Source of the DNA: a virus
Lineage: Duplodnaviria; Caudoviricetes
IMG/VR virus record: IMGVR_UViG_2775507133_000001
Span: 24,278-88,277 of that record
Direction: 5' to 3' (one strand)
Length of the DNA stretch: 64,000 nt
Translations under genes and position numbers: made by a program
In this document: positions 45,339 to 54,796 of the stretch, piece after piece
How the letters are laid out: every line of letters starts with the position of its first letter
How positions within the stretch are numbered: position 1 is the first letter of the stretch
Notes under the pieces: generated by a model
Databases searched by the model: none
What the model was told of the DNA's origin: nothing
What the model saw: the letters and a program-made list of their open reading frames with translations, nothing else

Positions 45339-45875
45339 ATGCGTAGAGCCCTGCTGTTAGTCGTCGCCGGCGTCGCGTCCGTCGGCCTGCTCACCGCGTG
45401 CGGGGGCGGTGACGACGACGCGTCGTCGAAGCCGAGCCTCACCATCTCGGCGGAGCCGCTGAACCCGGACGGCGGCTCGATGCCGACGTCGGTCACGGCG
45501 CAGCAGGTCCTCGCGCGGCTGTCGGGCAAGGTGAGCGCGGCGAAGCCGGGCACGGTCGTCACGGCCGAGAACGACAAGAACAAGCTGATGGGCCGCCCGC
45601 ACCAGTACACGTCGAAGGTGACGTTCACCGACTCGCGTATCGCGGCGTCGGACACCGAGGGCCTGGACAAGGACGACTCGCTGCGGGGTGGGGCGGTCGA
45701 GGTGTTCGGGTCGGCGGAGGACGCGAAGGCCCGCTCGGAGTACATCCAGTCGGTGACGAAGTCGATGCCGATGCTCGCCGAGTACCACTACCTGGACGGG
45801 CCGGTCCTGGTGCGGGTGTCGCACTACCTGACCCCGCAGCAGGCCGGCGAGTACGAGGCGGCCCTGCACGGCTGA
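45339..45875 (+). CDS. Lipoprotein
   Basis: Signal peptide with lipobox LLTAC; contains a TTA codon at 45357. Confidence 0.8.
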   Translation: MRRALLLVVAGVASVGLLTACGGGDDDASSKPSLTISAEPLNPDGGSMPTSVTAQQVLARLSGKVSAAKPGTVVTAENDKNKLMGRPHQYTSKVTFTDSRIAASDTEGLDKDDSLRGGAVEVFGSAEDAKARSEYIQSVTKSMPMLAEYHYLDGPVLVRVSHYLTPQQAGEYEAALHG

Positions 45876-45910
45876 CGCGCGCCGTATTCTGGGCGTGCGC
45901 GTCCACGCAA

Positions 45911-45947
45911 CGAAGCCCCGGCGGCTGCCCTGCCTGCCGGGGCTTCG
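45911..45947. terminator. Hairpin between convergent genes
   Basis: cgaagccccggc...gccggggcttcg. Confidence 0.7.
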
Positions 45948-45953
45948 TGGTGT

Positions 45954-46271
45954 TCAGGGGGAGGGGTCGGTGTCGGGGTCGTCGACGAGGCTGAGGGTGA
46001 CCTTGCGGACGAGGCGGACGCCGCTGTCGGGGTGTTCGCGGCGGCGCCGCCGGTAGAGGTCGACGGCGCGGTCGCGGTCGGTGAGGTCGCGGGCGAGGGT
46101 GCCGTAGCGGTCCTTGATGCGGGCTTCGATCTGCCAGCGGGTGGCGGGCGGGGCGGTCTCGGGGCCGTCGATGCCCGCGCGGTCGATGCGGGCACGAAGC
46201 CGGTCCAGCTCGTCGTAGAGGGCGTCGAGTTGCTCGCTGGTGAGGTCGTCGAGGTGGGTGCGGTCGGTCAT
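45954..46271 (-). CDS. Hypothetical protein (LDDLTSEQLDALYDELDRL)
   Basis: ORF track; motif familiar from Streptomyces phage early genes. Confidence 0.65.
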   Translation of the reverse strand: MTDRTHLDDLTSEQLDALYDELDRLRARIDRAGIDGPETAPPATRWQIEARIKDRYGTLARDLTDRDRAVDLYRRRRREHPDSGVRLVRKVTLSLVDDPDTDPSP

Positions 46272-46501
46272 CGCAGTCCCTTCGGTGCGGGCCCGTACGG
46301 GCTGGCCCAGGCCGGCCGGTCCGGGCGGAAGCGGACGGAACGCAGGTAGTCGGCCAACCGCTGCATGTGGGCGGCGGATTCCCGGATCTGCTCGGCGGCC
46401 CAGGCGAGGAGTTTCCGCAGCCGCTGGAACCAGGTGCGGGCGGCGTCGAGGGCGGCGCCGACGGCGCGGGCTTGCTCGGGGGTCAGGAGGGTGATGCGCA
46501 C
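46268..46501 (-). CDS. Hypothetical protein
   Basis: ORF track; ends DRPAWASPYGP. Confidence 0.6.
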   Translation of the reverse strand: MRITLLTPEQARAVGAALDAARTWFQRLRKLLAWAAEQIRESAAHMQRLADYLRSVRFRPDRPAWASPYGPAPKGLR

Positions 46502-46561
46502 GGGTTCTCCGGGGTGTGGTCGGGGCCCGGCCGTCGGATGGCGGCCGGGCCCGGGCGGGGG

Positions 46562-46999
46562 TCAGTCGGCGGGCTGCTTGTAGGGGTGCCAGGCGACGGT
46601 GTCGCGGTGGTGGAGGTTGCGGGCGACGATCGCCGGCCAGTCGGTGTGCTCGTGGTCCCGGGGGGCTTCGGGTGTGCGTTCCCAGTCCTGGAAGCCGATG
46701 TCATCGGCGAGGAGGGCTTCTTCCAGGCAGGCGCCGCACACGCCTTCGGCTCCGCTCCACTCCAGGTGGTCGGGCTGGTAGTCGGGGTGGACGGTGGCGT
46801 GCCGGGCGGCGGCTTCACGGAGGAGGCGGCGCCAGTCGACGGCCTCCGCGACGCGTTCGAGGATCGCCGTCGCGGCGTCCTTCACGGCCTCGTAGTCGGC
46901 GTTCGGTATGGACACGCACTCGCCGATCAGGCCGTTGAAGACCTGCGCACCGATGGCGTCCTGTAACAGGCACTCGATCACGCGGCGTCGGTTGGGCAC
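46562..46999 (-). CDS. Hypothetical protein
   Basis: ORF track; AGGAG RBS. Confidence 0.6.
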   Translation of the reverse strand: MPNRRRVIECLLQDAIGAQVFNGLIGECVSIPNADYEAVKDAATAILERVAEAVDWRRLLREAAARHATVHPDYQPDHLEWSGAEGVCGACLEEALLADDIGFQDWERTPEAPRDHEHTDWPAIVARNLHHRDTVAWHPYKQPAD

Positions 47000-47002
47000 G
47001 GG

Positions 47003-47218
47003 TCAGGCTCCTATGGGCTCGATCTGGATTCGCTGCGGGGGGACGCCGGCCTGGAGCTGCCGGTACAGCAGCTGGAGGCGGGCCCGGGCCGCTGGGTCGC
47101 GGCGGCTGAGCTGGGTGCGGGCCGGGGCGGGGAGGGCGTCCCAGCAGTCCCAGCACAGGTACTGGCCGGTGCGGCGCCGCCCGTCGCACGCGGGGTTGGG
47201 GCACGGGTAGGTGGTCAC
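47003..47218 (-). CDS. Small zinc-finger protein
   Basis: CPNPAC...LCWDCWDALP. Confidence 0.6.
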   Translation of the reverse strand: MTTYPCPNPACDGRRRTGQYLCWDCWDALPAPARTQLSRRDPAARARLQLLYRQLQAGVPPQRIQIEPIGA

Positions 47219-47508
47219 GACGCTCCCTGCGCGGAGCCGATGGTCTGGACGGTGCTGACGAGCCACACCATGGCGACCTGCTCGGCGTGCTGACTGCTGT
47301 AGCCGCGGCGGGTGAGTTCATGGCGGATGCCGTCGGCGTGGTCGAAGACGGGCGCGAGCATCTCCGCGACGGCCATCAGGTTCGCGACAAGCACGTTGCG
47401 CTGCTCGGCGATCTCCTCCGGGGTCGGTGCCTTCGGCGTCTGCGGCGGGGGGTTCTGGCCGGACATCATCGCCATGAGGCGCTCCAGGCCGGTGGGACGG
47501 TCGGTCAT
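47215..47508 (-). CDS. Hypothetical protein
   Basis: MTDRPTGLERL..., 4-bp overlaps. Confidence 0.55.
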   Translation of the reverse strand: MTDRPTGLERLMAMMSGQNPPPQTPKAPTPEEIAEQRNVLVANLMAVAEMLAPVFDHADGIRHELTRRGYSSQHAEQVAMVWLVSTVQTIGSAQGAS

Positions 47509-47795
47509 CGGCGGTCCTTCGCGTCCGCGTCGAGGGCGGCCTGTACGCGGGCGGCGATGCGGCGCAGCTCGGTGGTGGCGTGCACGGCGGCGCTGATGTC
47601 GGGGGTGCTGTCGATCTGGTCGGCGGCGGCGTTCAGCACGGCGGCGATCTCGGCGTCGGCGACCTTCATGACGGCGTCGGCGAGGCGGGTCCGGTCGTCG
47701 CGGCGCTGCACGAGGGCGTAGGGGTCGGCGGCCAGGAGGGCGGCGAGGTAGTCCTCGCGCCGCTCGTCGGGGGCGGGCTGAGGGAGGGTGGTCAT
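47505..47795 (-). CDS. Hypothetical protein
   Basis: ORF track; 4-bp overlaps. Confidence 0.55.
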   Translation of the reverse strand: MTTLPQPAPDERREDYLAALLAADPYALVQRRDDRTRLADAVMKVADAEIAAVLNAAADQIDSTPDISAAVHATTELRRIAARVQAALDADAKDRR

Positions 47796-47970
47796 CGGCT
47801 GTCCTTGTGTGGGTGTTCGGGGCGCCGCTTCCAGATGCGGGCGGCGTCGTTCCAGGTGCGGATGCGGTTCCAGGTGGGGGCGGGCGCGTGGTTGAAGGTG
47901 AAGACCTCCATCGCGCGCCAGGTGCGGGCGTGCCGCCGCCGCTTGAGGCGGCGGCGGACACAGGGCGGGA

Positions 47971-49149
47971 TCAGTCGCACTGCCGGGCCTGCTCGCGGGC
48001 GCGGTCGTGGGCTGCGGCGCGCGTGTTGTGGAGGTTCACGGCGAGCGGCGCACCGTCGGCCATGACGTAGCCGTACTGGGTCCACTGACCGGTGCCGGTG
48101 GCGAACGTCCAGCCGACCGGGCTGACGGTGCCGGGCACCTCGACGGGCTCGAAGCGCTGGGCGGTGGGGCACATGTCGCGGACCATGCGGCGGATGGCGA
48201 CGATGCCGGTGTCCGGCTCGCTCACGCCGGCCGGGGGTTCGCCGCCGTCGTGCGGCCAGTGCGGGTCCGCTTCCGTGATCGGGGCCATGGGTTCCCCGCA
48301 GTCCGCGCACTTGCGGGACTTCACCCAGCCGCTGCCGTCCCTCGCCGGGTGCTCGGTGGTGACGTCCCAGGCGATGTGCTCGCAGTCGAGCACGCCGCTC
48401 TGGTGGAGCGCGGCGAGCGCCTGGGCCTGCCCGGCGGAGCACATCTCGGCGAACCGCATCCCGGGCCAGCACGTGAAGCAGGTCGCGGCGTGCGCGGCCG
48501 CCGCGTCGTACGCCGCGGTGGCCGCGTCGATCAGCGACATCGGCTTGGTGTCGGCCGGGGCAGGGTCCTCGGGGGGTGCGTACAGGTGGCCGCGCGCCCA
48601 GCCGATGTGGGCGAGCTTCGGCTGGCCGCACTTCACGCACGGCGGCTCACCGGCGAGGAGCTGGTCGCGGATCTTGAGGCAGTGCTCCACGGTCGCGGCC
48701 TCGACGATCAGGCGGTGCTCCTGCCAGTCGTACAGGGTCGCGAACACCCCGGACCGGCCGATCGTGTAGCGCTCACCGCGGAACTTGTCGCAGCCGCACG
48801 TGTCGATCGTGCACCCGCCCATGGCCGTGTTGTGCCAGTTCAGGGTGTGCGTGCAGTTGAAGCAGGGCGACGACAGCCGGTCCTGCGTGGTGGGCGGCTC
48901 CTGTCCGCCGATCCACGCGGCGAGCGCGTCGGCGTACGCCTGCCGGGCCTGCCCCGCCTGCGTTTCCAGGTCGGTCGCGGTCCGGTCCAGGCCGGCCAGG
49001 TGCGGGGCGAACTCGTGGGCCTTCGCGGCGATCTGCGGGGGCAGCAACTCCACGAGGCGCAGCGCGGTGCGTTCCTGCCCGGGGCGCGGGGTCAGGCACA
49101 TCTGGAGGAACTCGCGCAGCGCCTCGGGGGTCTCGTACTGCTGGTCCAC
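47971..49149 (-). CDS. Multi-zinc-finger hypothetical protein
   Basis: AAGGAG RBS; CFNC.H...H..C..CGC, CVKC, CFTC, CADC. Confidence 0.6.
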   Translation of the reverse strand: MDQQYETPEALREFLQMCLTPRPGQERTALRLVELLPPQIAAKAHEFAPHLAGLDRTATDLETQAGQARQAYADALAAWIGGQEPPTTQDRLSSPCFNCTHTLNWHNTAMGGCTIDTCGCDKFRGERYTIGRSGVFATLYDWQEHRLIVEAATVEHCLKIRDQLLAGEPPCVKCGQPKLAHIGWARGHLYAPPEDPAPADTKPMSLIDAATAAYDAAAAHAATCFTCWPGMRFAEMCSAGQAQALAALHQSGVLDCEHIAWDVTTEHPARDGSGWVKSRKCADCGEPMAPITEADPHWPHDGGEPPAGVSEPDTGIVAIRRMVRDMCPTAQRFEPVEVPGTVSPVGWTFATGTGQWTQYGYVMADGAPLAVNLHNTRAAAHDRAREQARQCD

Positions 49150-49217
49150 TCGGTGGGCTCCTTCGTAGGGTGGGTGCGGGCCGCCCCCTGGTGACAGCAG
49201 GGGGCGGCTGCTCGTGG

Positions 49218-50048
49218 TCATGGGGCGGTGGTGCCGGTGGGGGTGTCGCTGTAGGACTCGCGGGTGCGGCCGGCCCCGTCGACGTCGGGCTCGCGGTCGT
49301 CCTCGGCCTGTGCGCGCTTCGCCTGTGCGCGTGCCGTCTCCGGGTCCGGCCAGCAGTAGGTCTCGTCGTGGGCGAGGGACCACGCCATCTGCCAGCCGTC
49401 CGGCGTCCACGCGCGGCGCACCATGCTGTCGCCGGGGTCGTGCAGGACGGCCCACTGGGTGCCGTCGTACGCCGGGTCGAGGCGCACGATCAACGGCGTG
49501 AAGTTCGGCGGGACCGGCGGCAGTCGGAACTCGGCGGCGTTGTGCAGCCGCTCCATCAGCCGGTCGATCCGGGCTAGCAGCTCCCCGTTGCGCTCGCGGA
49601 GCCTCTGCACCTCGTCGCGGGCCTCTGACCAGGACATGTTGCTGGCTTGGGCTGCCTGGTTCGCGAGGCCGGCGAACCCGGCGAGCTGCTTGTTCTGCCG
49701 TTCGAGGTGGAAGATCAGGCCCTCACGCTCGTGCGGCCGCCGCCGCTTCGCGCGGCGCTTCGCCGACTCCCACGCCAGGTGCAGCCGACCGTTCTTGTGG
49801 ACCAGGTCGTCGGCCTGCTCGGCGGCGGCCAGGCACGCGGCGACGATCAGCTCGGACGGGGTGCCGGACGGGAACTCGATCGTCTCCCCGGCGGCGGGCT
49901 CGGTCAGGCTGGACGCGCCCTCGTCGCTGTGGACGCCCCACACGGCGCCGTTGCAGCGCAGCAGGCCGAGCGGGTTGTCCGGGTCGCCGGTCCAACCGGC
50001 TTCCTCCAGCGCCTCGACGACGTCCAGGCGCGGGTTCCAGGTCTTCAC
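49218..50048 (-). CDS. Hypothetical protein
   Basis: ORF track; AAGGAG RBS. Confidence 0.65.
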   Translation of the reverse strand: MKTWNPRLDVVEALEEAGWTGDPDNPLGLLRCNGAVWGVHSDEGASSLTEPAAGETIEFPSGTPSELIVAACLAAAEQADDLVHKNGRLHLAWESAKRRAKRRRPHEREGLIFHLERQNKQLAGFAGLANQAAQASNMSWSEARDEVQRLRERNGELLARIDRLMERLHNAAEFRLPPVPPNFTPLIVRLDPAYDGTQWAVLHDPGDSMVRRAWTPDGWQMAWSLAHDETYCWPDPETARAQAKRAQAEDDREPDVDGAGRTRESYSDTPTGTTAP

Positions 50049-50069
50049 TGCGGGTGTCTCCTTCGGGTG

Positions 50070-51104
50070 TCAGGTGCCGAACTGGCGGCGCCGGGTGGCG
50101 TCGGTGTGCTCGGCGTGGAGGCAGTCCGGGCATCGGGCTGCCGGGTCTCGGTCGCGGAACTCACGGCCGCAGCCGCAGGTCCGCAGAGGGGCCAGGGGGT
50201 CCGTGGGGGGCGGCTGGAAGGCCGCTGGAACGTCCTGGCGGGGCTCGGCGGGGGTGGTGGGGACCGGCATCAGCAACGGGCCCTGTACGGGCTTGCTGCG
50301 GCCCTCGCGGGGCCTGCGGCGGGCCAGGGCCTCCCGGTGGGCGGAGCAACGCTTCCCGGCGCGCATCAGCGGCACCTTGCACACCTCGCACCGGCCGAAC
50401 GGCTCGTCGTCGTCCTGCTCCGGGATCTGCTCCCTCGAGGCCGACTCGCCCCCAACCACCTCAGGTTGAGGAACTACCTCAGCCACCTCTTGGGGAACCC
50501 CATGGGTAATACCTGGGTTGTTCGTGCCTCCGTGGCCCGAACCGGTAGTGCCACTGTGGCCCGAACCCCAACGTGCCTCTGTGGCACGAACCGGGTCGTC
50601 GTCCGTCGGCTCAGGTTCGTGCCTCTGTGGCCCGATCTGGTTCGTGCCTCTGTGGCCCGAACTCTCGTCCACGGGATTCGTGCCACTGTGGCCCGAACTT
50701 CCGTCCGGGGTACGCCGGCGGGCGGTCGCCTTGAGGTAGTCCTCTGCGGCCCTCCAGTCCGGCCGCACGTTGTCGCCGGGGATGGCATAGAGCGCGGCCC
50801 GTCCACGGCGACGCTCGCCGTCGACGAGCACCACGCCCGCCCGTATCCCGGCGTCCAGGTACCGGCGAGCGTCCTGCTCACGACAACCGGCCGCCTTCGC
50901 CAGGTCCTGAATCCGGATCGGCTTGCCGTCCCGGAACCGGAGCTGGCCCGAGGAAGCGGCCATCGCACGCAAGGCGTACAGCATCGTCAGGAAACCGCCC
51001 TTGAGGCCGCGGGGCATCTCCCGCGACCACCTCCAGGCCAGCGCGTTACCGAAGGAGTTCGGCACCGCGCCTTCCTTGCGGTCGTCCTGCTCGTCCACGC
51101 TCAC
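50070..51104 (-). CDS. Putative replication initiator (N-terminal HTH, internal repeats, C-terminal zinc ribbons)
   Basis: IQDLAKAAGCREQDARRYL HTH followed by SGH(S/R)GT repeats that overlie DNA iterons. Confidence 0.65.
   Translation of the reverse strand: MSVDEQDDRKEGAVPNSFGNALAWRWSREMPRGLKGGFLTMLYALRAMAASSGQLRFRDGKPIRIQDLAKAAGCREQDARRYLDAGIRAGVVLVDGERRRGRAALYAIPGDNVRPDWRAAEDYLKATARRRTPDGSSGHSGTNPVDESSGHRGTNQIGPQRHEPEPTDDDPVRATEARWGSGHSGTTGSGHGGTNNPGITHGVPQEVAEVVPQPEVVGGESASREQIPEQDDDEPFGRCEVCKVPLMRAGKRCSAHREALARRRPREGRSKPVQGPLLMPVPTTPAEPRQDVPAAFQPPPTDPLAPLRTCGCGREFRDRDPAARCPDCLHAEHTDATRRRQFGT
50519..50698. repeat. Six iteron-like quasi-palindromic repeats (GTGCCWCYGTGGCMCGA), putative origin
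   Basis: Copies near 50521, 50545, 50571, 50615, 50640 and 50676. Confidence 0.8.
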
Positions 51105-51222
51105 GGGGTCATCTCTCTGGTCGTGCTGGTGGGGTGGTGTCCTGCTCAGATCGTCGCTCGATCTTTAAACTTTTGCAAGTCTCACCACTTTGGTAACTCT
51201 GGCCATGCCTTACACTCTGGCC

Positions 51223-51432
51223 ATGGACGCGAAGACCCCCGAGATGCAGGCCGACGGGATCCAAGACCTGCCCTTGACTCACGCGCGGGCGCAGCTGACG
51301 CAGCTCATCGAGGACGCCCGAGAGCGGCAGGTCTTCACGGCTCTCACCGAGCGGGGACGTCGCCGCATCTGCTTGGTCACGCCCGAGTTCGTCGACCGCG
51401 CGCGCCAGCTCATGGCCGAGCACGGCGACTGA
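51223..51432 (+). CDS. Phd/YefM-like antitoxin-fold protein
   Basis: LPLTHARAQLTQLIEDAR...ALTERGRRRICLV. Confidence 0.75.
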   Translation: MDAKTPEMQADGIQDLPLTHARAQLTQLIEDARERQVFTALTERGRRRICLVTPEFVDRARQLMAEHGD

Positions 51433-51443
51433 CGGGGCGCACC

Positions 51444-51629
51444 TCACTGCTCCCCCTCTCGCGCCCAGGACGGCACGCGCCGTACGGGCTCCAGGCGGGG
51501 GCTGCTGGTGTGCCTGCGGGCGGCCCGGGCGAGGGCGCGGCGCACCATCGGCATGACGACCGGCGGGTGCCCCATGACGCCGGCCGCGCAGTTCATCACC
51601 ACGAACACGAACAGGCCGAGCAGCATCAC
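51444..51629 (-). CDS. Small membrane protein
   Basis: Hydrophobic N-terminus; GTGA overlap. Confidence 0.45.
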   Translation of the reverse strand: MMLLGLFVFVVMNCAAGVMGHPPVVMPMVRRALARAARRHTSSPRLEPVRRVPSWAREGEQ

Positions 51630-52228
51630 GTGACCACCCACCGGTACGGCGGGAAGCCGGGCGGGGGCGGTGCGACGGTGGTGTGCGCTTGGATCACCTG
51701 CGTGCCGGGCGCCGGGGGAGGCAGGACGCCGGGGATCGGCGCGGGGCTCGGCCAGGGGTAGTCGTCGACGGGGCGGCACTCGCCGACTGCGTACGCGTGG
51801 TGGCCGCCCGAGAGCGTGGCGAGGGGCCACATCTCGGTGTCCCACATGCGCCGCCAGCGGGGCACGAGCGCGTACCACCAGTGCCCGGGCTCGTCGGCGG
51901 TCCACGCCTCGATGGCGACGTCGCTCTGGCGGCGCTGCCAGATGGCCTGGGCGATGACGAGGATGTCCGTGTGCTGGGGGTGCTCGTAGCGGGCGACGAG
52001 CGCGCCGGCCATGCGGTGCGCCGGGCCCCGCACGAGGGGCGGGGCCTGGGAGGACCGCAGGTAGCCGGGGAAGGTCTCCAGGGTGCCGAGGCCGAGCAGC
52101 AGCGGCTCGTCGAGGTGGTAGGTCTGCGCCCACGTGTGTTCGAGGCTGCCGTCTTCGCGGCGCGCGGTGATCCGCACGACGGTCGCCGGCATGTAGCGGA
52201 CGGCGGTGATCTCTTCGTCACGCGTCAC
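51626..52228 (-). CDS. Hypothetical protein
   Basis: GAGGAGG RBS before GTG. Confidence 0.6.
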   Translation of the reverse strand: MTRDEEITAVRYMPATVVRITARREDGSLEHTWAQTYHLDEPLLLGLGTLETFPGYLRSSQAPPLVRGPAHRMAGALVARYEHPQHTDILVIAQAIWQRRQSDVAIEAWTADEPGHWWYALVPRWRRMWDTEMWPLATLSGGHHAYAVGECRPVDDYPWPSPAPIPGVLPPPAPGTQVIQAHTTVAPPPPGFPPYRWVVT

Positions 52229-52400
52229 GGGGTCGCCTCCTCTCGGCGGACCAGGCCGAGGACGACCGCGCTGGTGCACGGCCAGCGCACGCCCCACTCG
52301 CCGGTGAGCGTGCTGATCGTGCAGCGGGCGCACACCCGGTTCAGGGCGCGGCCGTCGGTGAAGCTGACCATCGGCCGGTGCCCGAAGTCCTCGCTGCGTC

Positions 52401-52805
52401 TCACCGGTTCGCCTCCCGGCTGGCTGCGGCGGCCGCCCGGTTCAGCATCCGCATCCACGCCTCGAACGGGCGGGTGCGGAGCAGCACCACGGGGTCGACG
52501 ATGCGGACGACGACCGCCGCCTTGCACATCCACGAGACACCGGGTGCCAGGCAGTCCGGGTCCGGGGTCAGCTCGTCGACGGGCAGCACCTCGTACAGGG
52601 CCCCGTCCGGGGCGAGGGCCGCGTACACGCGAGCGACGTCGCGGCTGGTGGTGACGTACACGCGGTCGCGGCGGGCGTGCTCCGGGGAAGCGCCCAGCTC
52701 CTGCGCGGTCGCCGTCAGCGACTTCTCGATGCCGGTCACCGCGGGGGGCAGCAGCCGGTCGTCGAGGCGGAGGCCGGGCACGCCGCCGTGGTAGAAGCGG
52801 GTCAC
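52401..52805 (-). CDS. Arr-like ADP-ribosyltransferase-fold protein
   Basis: RFYHGG..GL...D.LLP, DRVYVTT, A..YA, LYEV.P...L.PDPD. Confidence 0.6.
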   Translation of the reverse strand: MTRFYHGGVPGLRLDDRLLPPAVTGIEKSLTATAQELGASPEHARRDRVYVTTSRDVARVYAALAPDGALYEVLPVDELTPDPDCLAPGVSWMCKAAVVVRIVDPVVLLRTRPFEAWMRMLNRAAAAASREANR

Positions 52806-53239
52806 AGGAATGCCTTCCGCACGAGGCCGGCCGCTGCGGTGAGGACTGCGGCGACCGAGGCGATGTACTCCGCGCTGCTGGCGCGCAGTGCGGCCTGCCA
52901 CAGGGCCATGGCCTGCGGCTTGTCGTTGTTGGCGACGGCGACGATGAACCGGACCGCGAACAGGTCCTGCGCGTCCGGGGCGCCGTCGGGGCTGGGCAGC
53001 TGCTCCACGGACCAGTACTGGTCGCGGGCGAGGTCGGGCGCCTGGTCGCCGTACAGCTTCACGAGGGCCTGGCGGCCGGTCTCGGCGAACGCGACGCACG
53101 CCGCGTACATCTGGAACTGGCCGGGACCCGCCTGCTCACCGACCTCGCTCACCGCGCGGAACGCGCCGTCGTAGTCCTCGTCGATGGCGCAGGCGAGCGC
53201 CACCATCACCAGGTTGGCGAGGCGCTCGTCGCCCATCAC
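52802..53239 (-). CDS. Hypothetical protein
   Basis: ORF track; overlapping operon structure. Confidence 0.6.
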   Translation of the reverse strand: MMGDERLANLVMVALACAIDEDYDGAFRAVSEVGEQAGPGQFQMYAACVAFAETGRQALVKLYGDQAPDLARDQYWSVEQLPSPDGAPDAQDLFAVRFIVAVANNDKPQAMALWQAALRASSAEYIASVAAVLTAAAGLVRKAFL

Positions 53240-53562
53240 CGGGCGTCCGCCGTCTTCACGGGGCGGCCGTTCTTGCCGCGCATCCTGATCCCGGCCCGCT
53301 TGAGGCGCTGGTAGACGAACGAGTACGAGTAGCCCTTGCCGGTGCGCTCCTGTATCTGGCGCACGCTCAGCCCTTCCCGGTACAGGCTGGCCATGTACCG
53401 GGCGAGTTCATCGACTTCGAGCTGGCGCCCGCCGGGGCCGTGCACGGGCACGCCGGCCGCGTGGAGGCGGCGCCAGGCGGTCGTGTAGCTGACGCCGAGA
53501 TCGTCGGCCACGGCGCGGATGCAGCCGAGCTCGTCGTAGAGGGTGGCGACGTCCTTGGACAT
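53236..53562 (-). CDS. Tandem HTH DNA-binding protein
   Basis: IRAVADDLGVSYTTAWRRL and GLSVRQIQERTG..YSFVYQRL. Confidence 0.8.
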   Translation of the reverse strand: MSKDVATLYDELGCIRAVADDLGVSYTTAWRRLHAAGVPVHGPGGRQLEVDELARYMASLYREGLSVRQIQERTGKGYSYSFVYQRLKRAGIRMRGKNGRPVKTADAR

Positions 53563-53757
53563 CGGAGTGACCTTTCACTGCGGGGAGGTTGGGGGCCGGG
53601 GCCGCTCGAGGTGGCGGCCCCGGCAGGGGTCAGGCCCAGAGGACGAGGGCGACGGCCGCGCCGAGCACGGGCGACCACGGGCCGATCACCGGCACGAACG
53701 CGGTGACCGCCCACACGACCAAGCCGAACGCCAGGCCGACCATGAACTTCCGGCCGG

Positions 53758-54498
53758 TCACTGGACGACCCCCGCGGCGCGGGCCTCGCGCAGCCACTTC
53801 GCGTACGGGCCGGTGATCGCCGCGTACAGCTCCTCATCCGTGACCCGCGAGGGGTCCGGCGCGGGGAAGAACGCCGCGTTGTCGACGAGGCGGCCGGTCA
53901 GCAGATCGAGGCGGCGCAGGAAGTTGACGCGGTACCCGAACCCGACGAACACGAAGAACAGCGGCTCGGTCGCCGCGCGGCGCAGTGCGTTCTCGGCGGC
54001 CTCCCGGGAGTCGGGGTCGCCGTCGGTCTGGAACACGACCAGCGCGGGTGTGTCGCTGCCCTGGTGCTCCAGGCGCACGAAGTCCATGGCGGCCGCGTAG
54101 TTCGTGCCGCCCCACCGGGCGCGCTCGTGGGTGCGGTTGATGACGCCGGCGTAGGAGTTGAGGCTGACGACCGTCGAGGGTTCCGCGTCGGTCGCGAAGT
54201 AGGTGAGCGGCACCCGCCCGTCGTCGTCCAAGTTGGCGGACAGGGCGAGGACCTGCTCGGCGAGCCGCTGCATGGCGCCGCTGCGGTAGTACTCGAGCAT
54301 GCTGGACGAGTGGTCGAGCACCAGGTGCACGGCCGCCCGGTGGCCGGCCAGCCCGTCCTTCTCCAGCGACGTGGCGGCCTTCTTCATCAGCGACACCATG
54401 GGCGTCGCCAGCACCGGCGGCCGCGCGGGCACCGGCTCAGGCTGCACCTGGGGCTGGGCCGGGGGCTGGGGCTGGGTCTTGCGCTTGAATCCGAACAC
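53758..54498 (-). CDS. vWA domain protein of the Ter (TerF-associated) type
   Basis: RAAVHLVLDHSSSM..YY.SG.MQ.LAE..L.LS.NLDDDG, GGTNY, VFQTDG, VDNAAFF. Confidence 0.85.
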   Translation of the reverse strand: MFGFKRKTQPQPPAQPQVQPEPVPARPPVLATPMVSLMKKAATSLEKDGLAGHRAAVHLVLDHSSSMLEYYRSGAMQRLAEQVLALSANLDDDGRVPLTYFATDAEPSTVVSLNSYAGVINRTHERARWGGTNYAAAMDFVRLEHQGSDTPALVVFQTDGDPDSREAAENALRRAATEPLFFVFVGFGYRVNFLRRLDLLTGRLVDNAAFFPAPDPSRVTDEELYAAITGPYAKWLREARAAGVVQ

Positions 54499-54538
54499 GA
54501 TGGGATCCGCTCCTACATGGGATGGGGGCGGGCACGCG

Positions 54539-54796
54539 TCAGGCGTGCCCGTCGTCGTCGGTGAGCTGGGCCCGCTGCGCGTACACCTGCACGGTGTGTG
54601 CCTGGCGGCGGGCCCGGTACGTCTCGGCACACGTCTTGTGGGAGGGGCGGCCGCCCTCGTCGCGCAGGCACGTCGGGCCCTTGCAGAACCGGCACGGGCG
54701 CGGGCGCTGCGCCCAGTGCCGCTTCGGGTCGGACCAGTCCAGGACGCCGCTGGCAGGTAGGAACTCATCCGACGCCAGCAACTTCGCTCGCGGCAT
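54539..54796 (-). CDS. Small zinc-finger protein
   Basis: LDW...HW...PCRFC..PT.LRD..G.P.HK.CAE. Confidence 0.65.
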   Translation of the reverse strand: MPRAKLLASDEFLPASGVLDWSDPKRHWAQRPRPCRFCKGPTCLRDEGGRPSHKTCAETYRARRQAHTVQVYAQRAQLTDDDGHA

